Positions 39,193 to 51,818 of a stretch of 64,000 nt of DNA are shown here, in pieces. The notes beneath the pieces are model-generated. The model ran no database searches. It was not told the origin of the DNA and saw only the letters and a program-made list of their open reading frames with translations. A program made the translations under genes and the position numbers. Numbering within the stretch: position 1 is the stretch's first letter; every line of letters begins with the position of its first letter. The DNA is taken from assembly GCA_964199315.1 (NCBI GenBank), contig OZ116709.1:25668001-25732000 (forward strand), written 5' to 3'. This DNA comes from Orbicella franksi (Eukaryota).

Positions 39193-41667
39193 ATGTACAT
39201 GCAGGAATCACTCGCTTTGCTCGTTCTTCTTCCATTACTCGGAAATTCAGGTAAATGTTTTATGAAATATTTTATTTGAACTGGTGCATCGTTTGTAACT
39301 AAGAGTAAACAAGCAGTGTTTTGAGAATTGAGTCAAACTTCCAAACTGCGAGTGAACTTTGGTAAGGCAATAACATCTCCCAGTAATTAAATAGCTATGG
39401 AAGTCGATTCTGTTGACTGACAAGTGAAAAGAATTCTTGAACGTTTTTACTACAGCTTACAACCAACCTTTTGTTTGCTTCTTAGTTTAAGTTAACGACA
39501 AATTCTTCAACGGTGTTGCTAAAAATCATCCTTTTGTTTGTACCTTAGTTGAAGTTAACAACGAATTCTGTAAACCGCGTCCAACTTTGGTCGCCATCGA
39601 CAACCCAGACTACAAATTCTTTCCGTACTTTGTGAAACTGCATCGATGCGGAGGATCGTGTGACAATGTACAACCTTCAGTTCAGTCATGCACTCCTCTT
39701 CAGTACAACGAAGTACCCGTCACGGTGCAGGTGATTGGGACAAGCGAGACCAAAGTCATCAAGGAGAAAAATCATACACGCTGTGGCTGCGAATGCGTTA
39801 TCAGCCCGGACAATTGTGACTTAGAATTTGAGGACTGGAGACCAGACATGTGCCAGTGCAAGTGTAAATACAATGACACGCCCCCAGTGCCTTGTGGGCA
39901 GGGAATGATCTGGAGCAGGAGCCACTGCAGGTGCATGTGCAATAAGGTGCCAGAGCAGTGTGGACCAAATAAGGTAAGGGAATCATTTTGCAATGATTAA
40001 CGTCCTACTGTTTGTACCATATGGGTTTTTAAGGTGTTTAACTGAAGGAGGTCCCTCACAGTTTGCGCATCTTGGAAAGTTTGGCTAAATTTTTCAAGTT
40101 CGTCGTTTGTAATCCGTGCCAATCTTCTCCATCTTTAAGCATCCTTGTTCCTTTATGGTTTATTATTATCTCATTGGTGTTTTTCTATCTTAATAACATT
40201 ATTTTCGGGTTTCCTTTAATTTGAAAGTAGTTTTACACGCCGCCAAAATAACTCAAAATACCGTGACTGAACTCTAGATCAAACTCAAATAGCAAACCAA
40301 TAACGATAACATTTTCTACTCGCATTGTCGCAGAATATAGAAGGTTTATAACTTACTGCCTGATCTAGACATACACTCTCAATCTCTCAATTGTAAACAT
40401 ACAGGGGTCTTGGTAGGAAAGTAACTGTAAGGAAAACTGGAACGCTTGCTGCGCTAAGACAGAAGGAGTTGTCTGTTTTTCTTCAGTTATAGAACTAGAG
40501 TAGGTCGCTAGTCGAATGATCAAATCATTGAGATGCTTAATTCATTTCCTGTTATGTTCCAGGTATGGAGTTCCAAAGCTTGTGGCTGTGTTTGCAAGGA
40601 AAGAAGATACCGGAATTGCGCGCGAAGACAAAAGTTTGTTGACGAGGAAACGTGTATGTGCACTAACGTAATGCAGGGACCGGAAACAAATCAAGTATCA
40701 AATCCAAAACCCCAACAGAAAGGTAACTATATAGAGCTTTTCATTGGATCAGTGATGCGAGATATAAATTTTGCTTCTACGTTGCAGTGTTTGTCAAAAT
40801 TACACCCAAGCAACCATGAAACTGCTATTTAAGTTCCGACACAATTGTTTTCCCAGATTCTATTGAGAAAATTAAGGACACTGAAATTTATCAATGTACA
40901 ACGCAGGAACTGATGCATTAATGGTGATGTAATGGTGTTTATTTAATTATTTTTCAGGTGGATTACCTCAGGAATTCTATGTAGTCATGTTTCTTGGACA
41001 GTTTGTCCTCATGTATTTGGTGTTTGATGCCATCCTGTACCGCAAGAAAGCTGGTTTGATTTATCGTGTCACAAGGAGTTGTTCAACGAAAGGTACAGTA
41101 AATTGAAAATGCAGTTTTTATAGAGTGTTTTCACTCACGTGGCCAGTAGCCATACAAGTTTAATGGAACAAAAAGAAATGTTTACATAAGAAATATAGGC
41201 CCCATTAGTATTTTTCTCATTTTCTGATCTAGATTAAATTTGGCCGTTGAAAATGACTTTCTTATGAAGAATTTGCGTCTTTAAACTTAATTACCAGCCT
41301 TCGTTTTCAAGATGGCTGTTATTCCTTCATACAGAAGGCTTAACCTGGCTGAAATCAATATTACAGAACATCATACATAAAACCAACAACAACAACAACA
41401 AACACTAGAGACAACTTCAACAACAACAAAATGCGAACGTTTTCTTGATTCTCTGTAAGTACTTGTAAAGCAAAATATTCTGGATCATACATGCCATTTT
41501 CAAAGGCGAACCTCTAACGGAAATTGTTTCTCTTTTCACCAGGTAATCATTCAAACATTGACAGTTCAAGAGAAGATATTTTTAGCGATTCAAGCCGCTC
41601 ATCTACAGTGATCACAGATCTACCCACAGAAACGGGAGAAAACAACATGGCCGCCGCGCATGCGTGA
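39193..41667 (+). CDS. Array gene 4: membrane-anchored PDGF/VEGF-like protein, about 300 aa; coding exons 39193-39250, 39549-39973, 40563-40722, 40958-41092, 41543-41667
   Basis: Signal peptide MYMQESLALLVLLPLLGNS; FCKPRP...PYFVKLHRCGGSC...SC...NHTRCGCEC; repeats; TM FYVVMFLGQFVLMYLVFDAILY followed by RKK; tail ends AAAHA*. 903 nt, in frame. Confidence 0.87.
40045..40275 (+). mobile_element. Kolobok-like MITE copy 3 (intron of array gene 4)
   Basis: Same internal motifs as the other copies. Confidence 0.75.
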
Positions 41668-42874
41668 AACTATTGTAATTCAGACTTGCTGACGTAACAG
41701 CAGACCCGTGTCCTGTCCTTAAGGATACTAGCAATAGCAGTGTAAGATGTTTTCTAGTTGCCCGACACCGTGAGCTGAAAGTTTAATTTTTAAATTTACG
41801 GCTATGAGAAGTGTACAAAGTCATTGTTTCCGAGATCAATAACCTCGAGAAAAGTTATTTAATATATATTTATTTATTTATATCAGTGAGCGTTATTTAC
41901 GTAGGATGCTGCCTGCATGAAATGTTGGAGAAACTTGATTATTTATTGTAAAAGTTATTTATGACTTTAAAAAGAGGATACAAAATAAATACGATCTATG
42001 TGACTGCTTGACGTTAATTTAATGTTGTTAGCCGGGAAGCAAGTCCGAGGAAAGGCAATACGACGTGTAACAAATTAAACACAACTATTTATCCTCAATT
42101 CCACCATTTTTTTTTTTTAACTTTTCATGAAGCTATGCTTACGCGCCGACCACTAACGCTCGAGGGTGGGGAGCTCCTATATGGCTTATGGGGTATAAAT
42201 CAAGGATTCTGGTCTCATTTACGGTGTTCATGGCGAAACGCCACTATTTTTAGCTGGCAAAGTATCTTTTAGGGTGCAATCGGGGAAATAATAATAAAAA
42301 ACGCTCTTATTTCTGTTTTTAAGCTCGATTTCCGCCGCTCTCTCCAGTCCGGTCTACTAGCGCGGGCTCCTTTCCTGAACAGCGGCTGCTAATCAAGCCT
42401 ATTCCGTTTTAAGTGGTATCTTTTAGGGGTCAAATAAAGCTCAAGCCACACCCAGATTGGTCTCCTCTACGGGTTTAATTCAAATTTTCCGACGAGCATC
42501 CCTGACCTTTTCATATGGAAGTCCCCCCGGACACTACTGTCCCTTATATTACAACTTGGAATACAATCTTGAAATGAAGCTTCTCAGTCATAGAATGACA
42601 AACATCTTTCTTAATGTTAGTCGAAAGAATTTGTTACTGCATCAAGAGTAAACAATTCAACTCGCAGATGTTTTTCTTACGCCCACTGCTTTACCCCCAC
42701 GAATACTGCGATCTATCAGGAGTCCATCACTAGGAGTGTGCAACTCCCATACTAAGCCTATGTCACGGCATTTTCACAGACCGATCTATTTTTGGGCTTC
42801 TTTTCCCGCGAAATAGGTCAGTTCCGGTCTTCGTGAGTGCGCATCAATAAGGAAAAAAGTGTTGTCTTTCTTTT

Positions 42875-43120
42875 GAAGGTGCTTCGCTGGTGCTACGTCA
42901 CGGTTTGCGCATATTGAAAAGTTTAGCCTGGATTTTTCAAATTTGTCGTTTGCAATCCGTGTTAACCTTCTCCATCCTTAGCATCCTTGTTCCTTTATGG
43001 TTTATCATTATTTCTTTGGTGTTTTTCTATCTTATTAAATTGCTATTTTCAGGTTTCCTTCAATTTAAAGGTAATTTTGTATGCGGCCAAAATAACTCAA
43101 AATATCGTGACTGAGCTCCT
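42875..43120 (+). mobile_element. Kolobok-like MITE copy 4
   Basis: Ends GTGACTGAGCTCCTTTAA; same internal motifs. Confidence 0.75.
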
Positions 43121-43661
43121 TTAAATCTTCCGGTGAAATGACGACGTTAGTTAAAAATCCATGCTTGTGACTGGTCACTGAGCTGGTTTCTGCGATGGTC
43201 TGAATTCGAGGTAAATTCAAACTCAAAATATATCGTTCTGTGACGGGAATGTGTGGTAGCTGCACGATCCTGGTGATGGGCTCCTGGATGTTTTGATCAT
43301 GTTTAAGATTTTAATTTTAATGTTTAATAATTATTGACCTTGAGAAATGATCATCCTACAAAATGGAACAAATCCCTGACTCAATTTTTTTACGCTGCAT
43401 TTTGAATAGATCTTTTCACTGTTAATTTTTCAGAGAAAAATTAACAGTCCCCCTGGTTGTAGGCTAATCTATCTTTAAATCAAGAAATACACCCGGGAAT
43501 TGGGCCCCCCTCAAGCTTTCCTTGTTTTGAATTCGTTTTACTATGACGTTTTAAAGCTTAACCAGTAAATGAAAAACCTATTCATCAACACAGCTTTAGC
43601 TCGTTTCGAAACGGTTTCCGGTTATAAGCCCCCTCGGATATAGCTCCCCCCCTCCCTCAGT

Positions 43662-43887
43662 TGTATAACCTTGGGCTTATAAGCGATTTACGGTATGCAT
43701 TATAATAAAATGCAACGTGGACGTAAGGCAATCAGTTCGGGCAGGAACTTCAAAATTGTCCGGAATTACCTCACATGTATAACCCTGGGTTTATAAGCGA
43801 TTTACGGTATGCATTATAATAAAATCCAACGTGGATGCAAGGCAGTTTCGGGCAAAACTTCAAAATTGTCCGGAATTACCTCACATG
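43662..43887 (+). repeat. Tandem duplication of a 114-bp unit
   Basis: TGTATAACCxTGGGxTTATAAGCGATTTACGGTATGCATTATAATAAAAT...CTTCAAAATTGTCCGGAATTACCTCACATG starts at 43662 and again at 43776. Confidence 0.85.
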
Positions 43888-45409
43888 CATTCACGTTGGA
43901 TTACATTGCAGTACAAAAATAACCTCGAGCGATATTCAAGACTGATTCACAATGAAGAACATTTCTTCCTTTTCAACTTCAACTGGGAAAGTTTATATCT
44001 AAAAGAAACCTGTAGGATTGTCGTCATGTTTCAGTAAAGAGCAAATTATTTACCATATACGGCGAGCCAAAAGAAATTTATCAAAGGGGAATATTGACAA
44101 ACAAAGAAACGAAAATTGGAATAAGGCGAACACATTGATAAAAAGAAAAGTTTGGTAGAACATTTGTCAAAAAGTCATCATCAAAGGGCTGAAAAGGAAT
44201 ACAATTAATATTTGAATTGACCGCAATCTTCGCTGATTTTCACTAACCACGACGGGGATTTTTTACGGATTATCTGACGCTTAAATTTATTTCAAGTTGC
44301 TTCAGACGTCCTTTGGGAATTTTGTCATCCGGTTCTTCACTGCACTGGAGAGACAAAAATGAACTTATTAAACACCCATGTACGTTTTTTATGAATCCTA
44401 GCAACATGACTAGCAGCTAATATTGTTAGTTTGGGTCAACTAATACAAAATGTATTAGCCTCAACTACAATATTGTAATTTAGTTTCCTTGTTTCGGTGG
44501 CACTAATCAATCTTGATGTTTGTGCGTCATGGGGAAACCCCACTTTTTACTGAAGCCAATTTCTTTCAATATTGACCTTCAAGTGAACTCAATCCATAGA
44601 TGGGAATAGACTAATGAGCAAATTTATTTTTAACTTGACCTGTGCAGCAATTTCCTGTACCATTGCAGGCCAACTCTAAAGCTAAGCCATAAAATATGTC
44701 AGTTTAAAAATAGATGGTTTCTGGAACAGTATAAATATTTTTGCTGTGAAGTGAACTGTTAGTTGATTTAGTGACTGGTATTTGAGGTGGACAAGCTCAT
44801 TCAGTTCATATTATTTTATGTTTATGTGTGAACTCAAAAGGTAAGCTCAATGTAAAATCCACTATTTTTTTAGTTAGTTTTTAGTGTAGTATCTAGCACA
44901 GTGTGTTGAAGAATGCCTAAAGGGTCGTTAGCTGAGAACAAGATCAGAGGAAAAACATTAATCCCTGAAAAATGAGGTAACGACACTGAAGCTATTCGAA
45001 AGCGTGAGGTCCATCGATTTTCCTTTTTTCCATTTTTTTTATACCTTATAATCAGTATCATATCAGTTCATTTGCCATTTTGTTGTTTTGGCGGGAAAAA
45101 TTTCTGATGAGGGTGGACAGAAGCCACTAAAAATTTAGAGAAGAAAACAACCTTAGAGAATTGAATGTTCTTACCGATCACAACTGTCTCTTTAAAATTT
45201 AGTGTTGCCGGGTAAAATATATATCAGAGTAAAAATCCGTGTTGCATTCCAGTACACGCACTCTTGACGAATTTTTCTATCGATCGGTTCAGTTTCATAG
45301 TGTAACTCACAATCTGTTTCCAGTCACTATACACTAATGCATGGATTAATTGATTAATTTCACACATTGAATGGTCCCAATACCATTATTACTTTCACCA
45401 CCTTCAAAG

Positions 45410-45790
45410 CCTCGTCAAAACTACGCCGGAGAAATTTGAAGACGGCGTTTTCAATCTGTAAACGCATCAATTTTTTCCGTCTACACTACGCTGGAGAAAT
45501 TTGAAAACGTAACAATCACCGGCCATTTTATTTTTGTGTTTGAGGAAAACTCGAGCAGGGAAAACAAATTATATGATTATCGTGATGTAATCTTTTTCGA
45601 AAAGCTCTGTTTTCAAAATGTTTTCCGTCCACACTGAAACGCGAAGCCGGCGTTTTCAAATTCCTCCGGTTTGAAGAGCGTTTTAGAAAAACTCCGTTTT
45701 TGCGACGGATTAGCGTGGACGGTAGCCCTAACCGTAGAAATAAAGCTGCGTTTTCAAATTTCTCCGGCGTAATTTGGACGGGACTTAAAA
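45410..45790. mobile_element. MITE, same family as 20797-21180
   Basis: CTACGCCGGAGAAATTTGAA ... TTTTCAAATTTCTCCGGCGTA inverted ends; ends in TAA. Confidence 0.75.
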
Positions 45791-48700
45791 CACGCGCAAA
45801 CAACGAAACTTGTGTCACTAGTCGAGTTGACGATGTGTTTGTTTTGAAACATAAGGCTGAAAAATACACTTGAGATCGATGTCCTTCAGACGGTCTGACA
45901 TTTTGTGCCAAAGCTAGGTAGATTTAACGAACCCTTTTAATTTCAGTGGATTATAAATTACTTAAGTTGTGCTGTCAATTTATATCGTAAAAATGGCAAG
46001 TAATTAACAATAGATAACAGCTCTAAGTGAGAAAAAAACTATTTAATCTGCCTGTGAAACGACAAGGATTTCCTCTTGCGGGGGATTTTTTGCGGACTGT
46101 AATTGTAAGTAGAGATAAGTAATTGTTTAGATCGATTTACTGAACCGTGGGTATAAGCTCTTTACCTGCGGTGAGTCTGAAATCGGAAGCTACACAAACA
46201 TATCTCGCGATAAGAAAATCACGAGAGATTTGTTACGATTACGCGGCGTTATAATAAACATGTAAGCCGATTTCTATCAGTGATCAGTTTTCTTTCAACC
46301 AAAAATAGGCGTCTTTTTTATTAGGGGATCTTTCTTTTCACAATTGTTTATGATTGCAGTGGCAAGAAATCTAAGTCTGAAATGACGATTTCGAAACCAG
46401 GCGATTGAGTAACGAATGATTTAGTGATAATTACCCCAGTTTAAAGGACCGTTCATCTTTCGCACAGGGCGGTACGTAATTAGCGAGGAATGTCTCCAGT
46501 GTATTTAAAATTCAAGTACAGTTACAGCTATGTAACTGTTAAACAATGTAACTAATTACTAAGTTACCAGAACTTTCTAACTGACCATAAACCAGACTGA
46601 CTTAGCTTCTAAGAATGTTTGGGCATGTAAGCGCTTCCTTTGCGGAAATCCACTAAATAAATTTGCCCTACCCAACAATAAGAACCATTGGAAAATTTTG
46701 ATGTTTTTTCTTAAAAGCCATGGGAACGATTGCGCGATTGCGACCGTTTGACTAGGTCGACGAAGAGTTATCGACTGGACGCTCGGAAATTATCGGAATC
46801 TCCGATGTTGGCTTGGCCAGTCACGCCAAGGCGGCATTTCATGTTTCGAGTACGTACACTTAAAATTGCTCGTAAATCTTTTGCCGTCTTGGCATCGAAA
46901 GCATTTAGAATGAGGTTAGCGCTTTGCGGAGATCCGGGCAAGGCGGAAACTAGTTATTAATTGGCGATAACAGCTCTACCAAAGAAATCTAAATTGGGAT
47001 AATTGAAAACATTAAAATAGCCCCTCGTGATTAGACATGTGGGAGTTTTGTTATTTTGTCTCGTCTCGCGTTTTGTGAGTAGCGTCTCATGGTATATTGA
47101 CAAACAAAAGCACGGGGAAGTTTACAGATTCTTTACTCAAGAAAAATCGGAAGTCACCGAATATCCCAGAAAGTTTTGATTTTGTACAGTCTGCCTGGTA
47201 GAGTGTTTGGGGCAATATGCGTGAGTCTGTGAGTCCAGTAGACTACCTGTATTCAAGTACGGTATGTTAATACTCAGTGACTATATTTTCGAACGCTAAC
47301 CCAAGGAAGATCTCTGCCGCGCTGCAGATCAGTACTCTCGACAAATTTTCTTACAAAGGTACGCAACTTCATTATGAATTGAAAAAAATCCTCCCTTTTT
47401 TTGTGACGTTTATTTCCTAGAAGAACAAAGTCTTGCCCAACTCCGCTCCTTGACAACATTGTGTCCCAATCGATGGGAAAATATTTAGGCGTAACGGAGC
47501 AACCGACATTTCTCAAATTCCTTCTCGCGAACTGACTGATATAAGATCGCTTACAGGTGATGGGATTTTATTACTTATATAACCCAATCCGGGGAAATCA
47601 ACATTTCCCATACAATATAAAAGCTGAAATCATTAATAAGTTGGTGGGAGATCATTTAGGGAAATCTTATCACTTACTTAAACCAAGATCAAGGCTTTCT
47701 TTTTCTAAAAGGTAAGACTTTAATCTTGTTTTGTGGGCGATCTGAAAGACGCTCGGATTAACACGAAAGAGAAAAACTTTCAGCGAGTTCTTTTGACGTG
47801 GTAATTACCTCGCTCTTGAAGTCCAGTCTTTAAGATTATCAGAGCTTGTTAGCAAAGTTTGCATCGAGCGTTGTCCGCAACAACCTTGAAAAGGTGATTG
47901 TTTCGGAAGTAACACATTATCAGCCCGATAATTCGTTCGGTATGAAGAAATGTTCAAATGTGCTGCGTAATAACGAGATATTATCCTGCCTTTTAAAGTC
48001 ATGACAAACCTTGATTAGAGTAATTAAGTCGTTCGGTCATGCATGCAGACATTCGATTTAATTAAAAAGCTAAACCATGTGCATTAACTCAGCGCAGAAT
48101 GGACGCATACTGTCATACTTGTCAACACTTAGGGAGACTAACTCATGGAGACTATAACTTTCTTATTCCGTCCTCCCTTCGTCAACGATATGACTCGATT
48201 AGCTGAAATATTGACCATTTTTTTCTGATTCAATTCACATGAAGTTGTTGACAAATTCTTTCGCCTGAAAACATTCGCTCGAGATTGAGTATTTCGCTTG
48301 ATTGTGTTGAATTGACGTCATCAATGACGTCCAATACAGTGTTCATACATTTGCCCAAATACGAGGTTAAACCGCGGAACCCAGGACCAATTACGGTCAG
48401 TCATTATTATTAATCACTAGTCGACGGGTTAACTAAAGTGAATCTCAGAGAAAACAGCACTCCGCACAACAGGACGTTGGTTCTTTGTACTTTGCTTCAG
48501 GTAACAATTTTTCTCTACACTCCACTTAGAACTGAAAATATCCGGCACCGGAAAAACTTCCTTCTCTATCGGACGGACACACAGTAGTTGTCTTCTATTT
48601 CACCGGTAATGCCTTCACGCTTGTGAATCACTCACAGGAACCACAAAGGAACAACGTAGATAAAATTGATCGTTGTTCTTAACTTCAGGAAGTCAACGAA

Positions 48701-49512
48701 AACTATAAGTTATCAGTTCTAACGTCAGGTGTGCTGTTTTCCGCCCAGTCCAGGCCAGATACGCTCAAAAGAATGTTCGCCCAGGTGTACTATGGAGCGG
48801 GAAGTTTTTTTTAAGACCCTCTGCAGTGACGTACAATATCTGAACGCAGATTAGGAAGAAAAAACCCTGCTACTAAATTTTTTCAACAAACTTGGTAACA
48901 TAGTCTGATATCGATTAATTGCCGAGCTATATATTTTAATTAGTTAGATTATCAGCGTATGGTAATAGAAGTGCTTCGAAGTCATACAACTTCCTCTAGA
49001 GATGTTTGGGTGTGTACTTTACGAGTAAAACAATACAGGAAGATTAAATCAATCTGGGCTGGGGTTTTCACGTAACCAATGTGTAACTAAAGAACAAGGA
49101 GACGGGAGCAGTGATGCAGAAAGGTCAGGGCCTGTGATAAGCGAATTGCACTATGAGGAAATCAACAAAGAGTGCAATAATAATTCGGCAGCCTCTTCAA
49201 ATAATTATCAAACCGGCAAAAATCAACTATCCAGGCTGTATGAATGTGAGCCAGGTCGTAAAATCAAGTTTGCAACAGCGAGCGCGTGTTTAGATTAATT
49301 TCCGGTGCTCAAGGCTCAAGCGTCGTGTCACCGGAAGTTTGCTAAGCCTGACCTCGTTTCTGATTGGTCCTTACTGACGGGAAGGCTGGGCGTTTGAGTA
49401 ATTTTTACGAGTTCCTCGTTCGGCAGTTCATTCATTTATTGCCTTGGTGTCTCCGCAGTTACTACAAGACGTAACTAACTCCGTCCAGTATTATACAAAG
49501 ACCCGAAGGAAC

Positions 49513-51785
49513 ATGGATCGTGGCATCTGTAATGGCTGTAGATCACTGTCAAGGATATCAACTGTGTTAGCTGTTGTTGTGGTGTCGCTTGTTTTGCGAT
49601 CAGGTTAGTGAGAGCATGTCGACTCCAATACTCCACATTAATTTCCATACTACAAATTACACGTGTATGAACAGTTCGTCTCATCTTTAGAAGAGGTAGC
49701 CCTTAAGAGACTTCATTTACGCATAGAGATCATAATCATTGCCATCACCCTCAAGGTGTGTTGCCCCACACATAATTTTCAAATGTAATTGAATAAAAGA
49801 TCAAAACATTGGCCAATTTGATACCTCTCTGATAACAAGTTTTTAGAAATCACTGCATCTTTACGGAGGCTACAAGATCGTCGATTTCGATTAGAATTTC
49901 CCTGCTTAAAATTTTACGAACCGTTTTGAAAATGATCCCGGAATGATCTGCATTAGAGAGCATGAATGAAACTTTTACATTTTGAGTCACGCTACATAGT
50001 TTATCGTTTGATCCGCAGTGCGTAGTTTTCAACTCTTCTCCAACGAATCAGAGCAAAGCTATTTTTATTCCGATGTGAAATCTTTCAAGGCGAAGACAAT
50101 TTTGCTTTGTTTCAAAAGACTATTGCGTCGCGAAGCGAGCGACTTGAACACTCACAGACGGAGCGGAGCGGCAGTTAATTAAAAGCCGCACACACGGATA
50201 CACACAAAAAATTCCGCGAAAAAATTGCACACATGGGAATATTTCGTGATTATAAACGTGGCTTGGCAACAATAGCGCCGTAACGCTTTATAGCGAGGGA
50301 TGTTTGTTGGTTGTTATGTGGGAAATCTGTAATTTTCGCAATTTCTGAGAAATTCTGCTTACGAAATCACTATTTGATTATACAAACAGCATTGCTTGTG
50401 GCAAGAAATGTGTGGAATTTAACACCTTTGATGTGATTTTATTTATGTACAAAACAGTGGCGCTCGAGTTTACTTTGCGGGATTTTTAACACCAGCAAAC
50501 ACAGATTACTTCTGCTTTTGTAATGAATTTTGCCTTTCTTAACGCCTGAAAGAGATAATAGTGTCCAAGTGTTTCCAGCAACTTAAAACCCGATCGATAT
50601 CTGACTGCTGGTGTAGGTAAACAAATGATTAACCGCACTGATTAACCAACAAATCGTTTTTGAGACTATATATATACTGTAAGAACCCGTTTTTCCCCTT
50701 TGAGGTGGTAAAACTGACCAATATATTATTTGGGACGTTTTGCATGAATATTTTATGAGAGTTGATGACGGCCTCTTAAGAGTCCAAAGTTTGCTGCTTA
50801 AAAGTTTCCAATCTCGCTGTCAAAATTGACCGGAGTTTGTGAACTAAACAATACCTATATTTTTACCTTCATTGAACAACGTAGCTTTTATTTTCATCTT
50901 CCTCCTACATCTGACTTTTTCTATTGTTTATTTCATTCACCAAACTATTTTGACAAATGTTATGAAGATATGCCTATATTTTGAACCAAACACCTAAAAA
51001 TTACACCAATTACATTGTGTTCTTAATTGGGCGAAAGTTGGCCCAGGTTTCATTGAAATAATTAGTTAATTTTACATTCATTCATCAAATTTTAAATCAA
51101 CAAGTTGTGATAATCGAAATTGTAAAAAATGAAGCAAATATTCTTTTTTTATATATAAAAAAGGTGAATACGTAAGAACTATCAAAATTTAGCTAAATTA
51201 AAGTGTTACAATGCTATGGTTTAATTTAGCCAAAAAAAATTCAAGCCTTAAGCATTACGATACTTTGTTTATGAAAAGAGAGAACTGCAGACATGGCACA
51301 TCTATGGTCTTCTTAAAGTTGATAAATTATAGATGACTATGCTTACCTAAAATAAAGAATTCCCTTTTTTCCCATTGAAAGTGCCCTAATATGTATAATT
51401 TCCTTTTTTTCCCAATGAAAGTGTCATCAATAGAACTGCCAGAGGAGAGATGTAAACCAAGACCAGTGGTGGTTTCCGAAACTCAAGGTTACAGACCATA
51501 CCACATAACAGTGTATCGCTGCTCCGGAACTTGTAATGTTAACATACCACCCAGCCAAAAACCATGTACAGCAGCTAACAAGAAAGAAATAGAAGTCGAA
51601 GTTACGGGTCCATTAGGACAGCATCACAAGACTATCAAAATTTATAATCATACAAGTTGCAGTTGCGAGTGTAACTTGGAATGTAATTGGGCTGAGGGGG
51701 AGCTGCCAGATGGAGTTAACTGCAGATGTCTAAAGGGGCCAAGTACTGACAGATTTGTTGGTGGCCAAAAGACAGGTGTGATGCC

Positions 51786-51818
<33 letters not shown>

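Noticed and set aside
35369-43887. CRISPR-like or prokaryotic features
   Set aside because: No repeat-spacer arrays, operons or rRNA; the window is intron-containing animal DNA.
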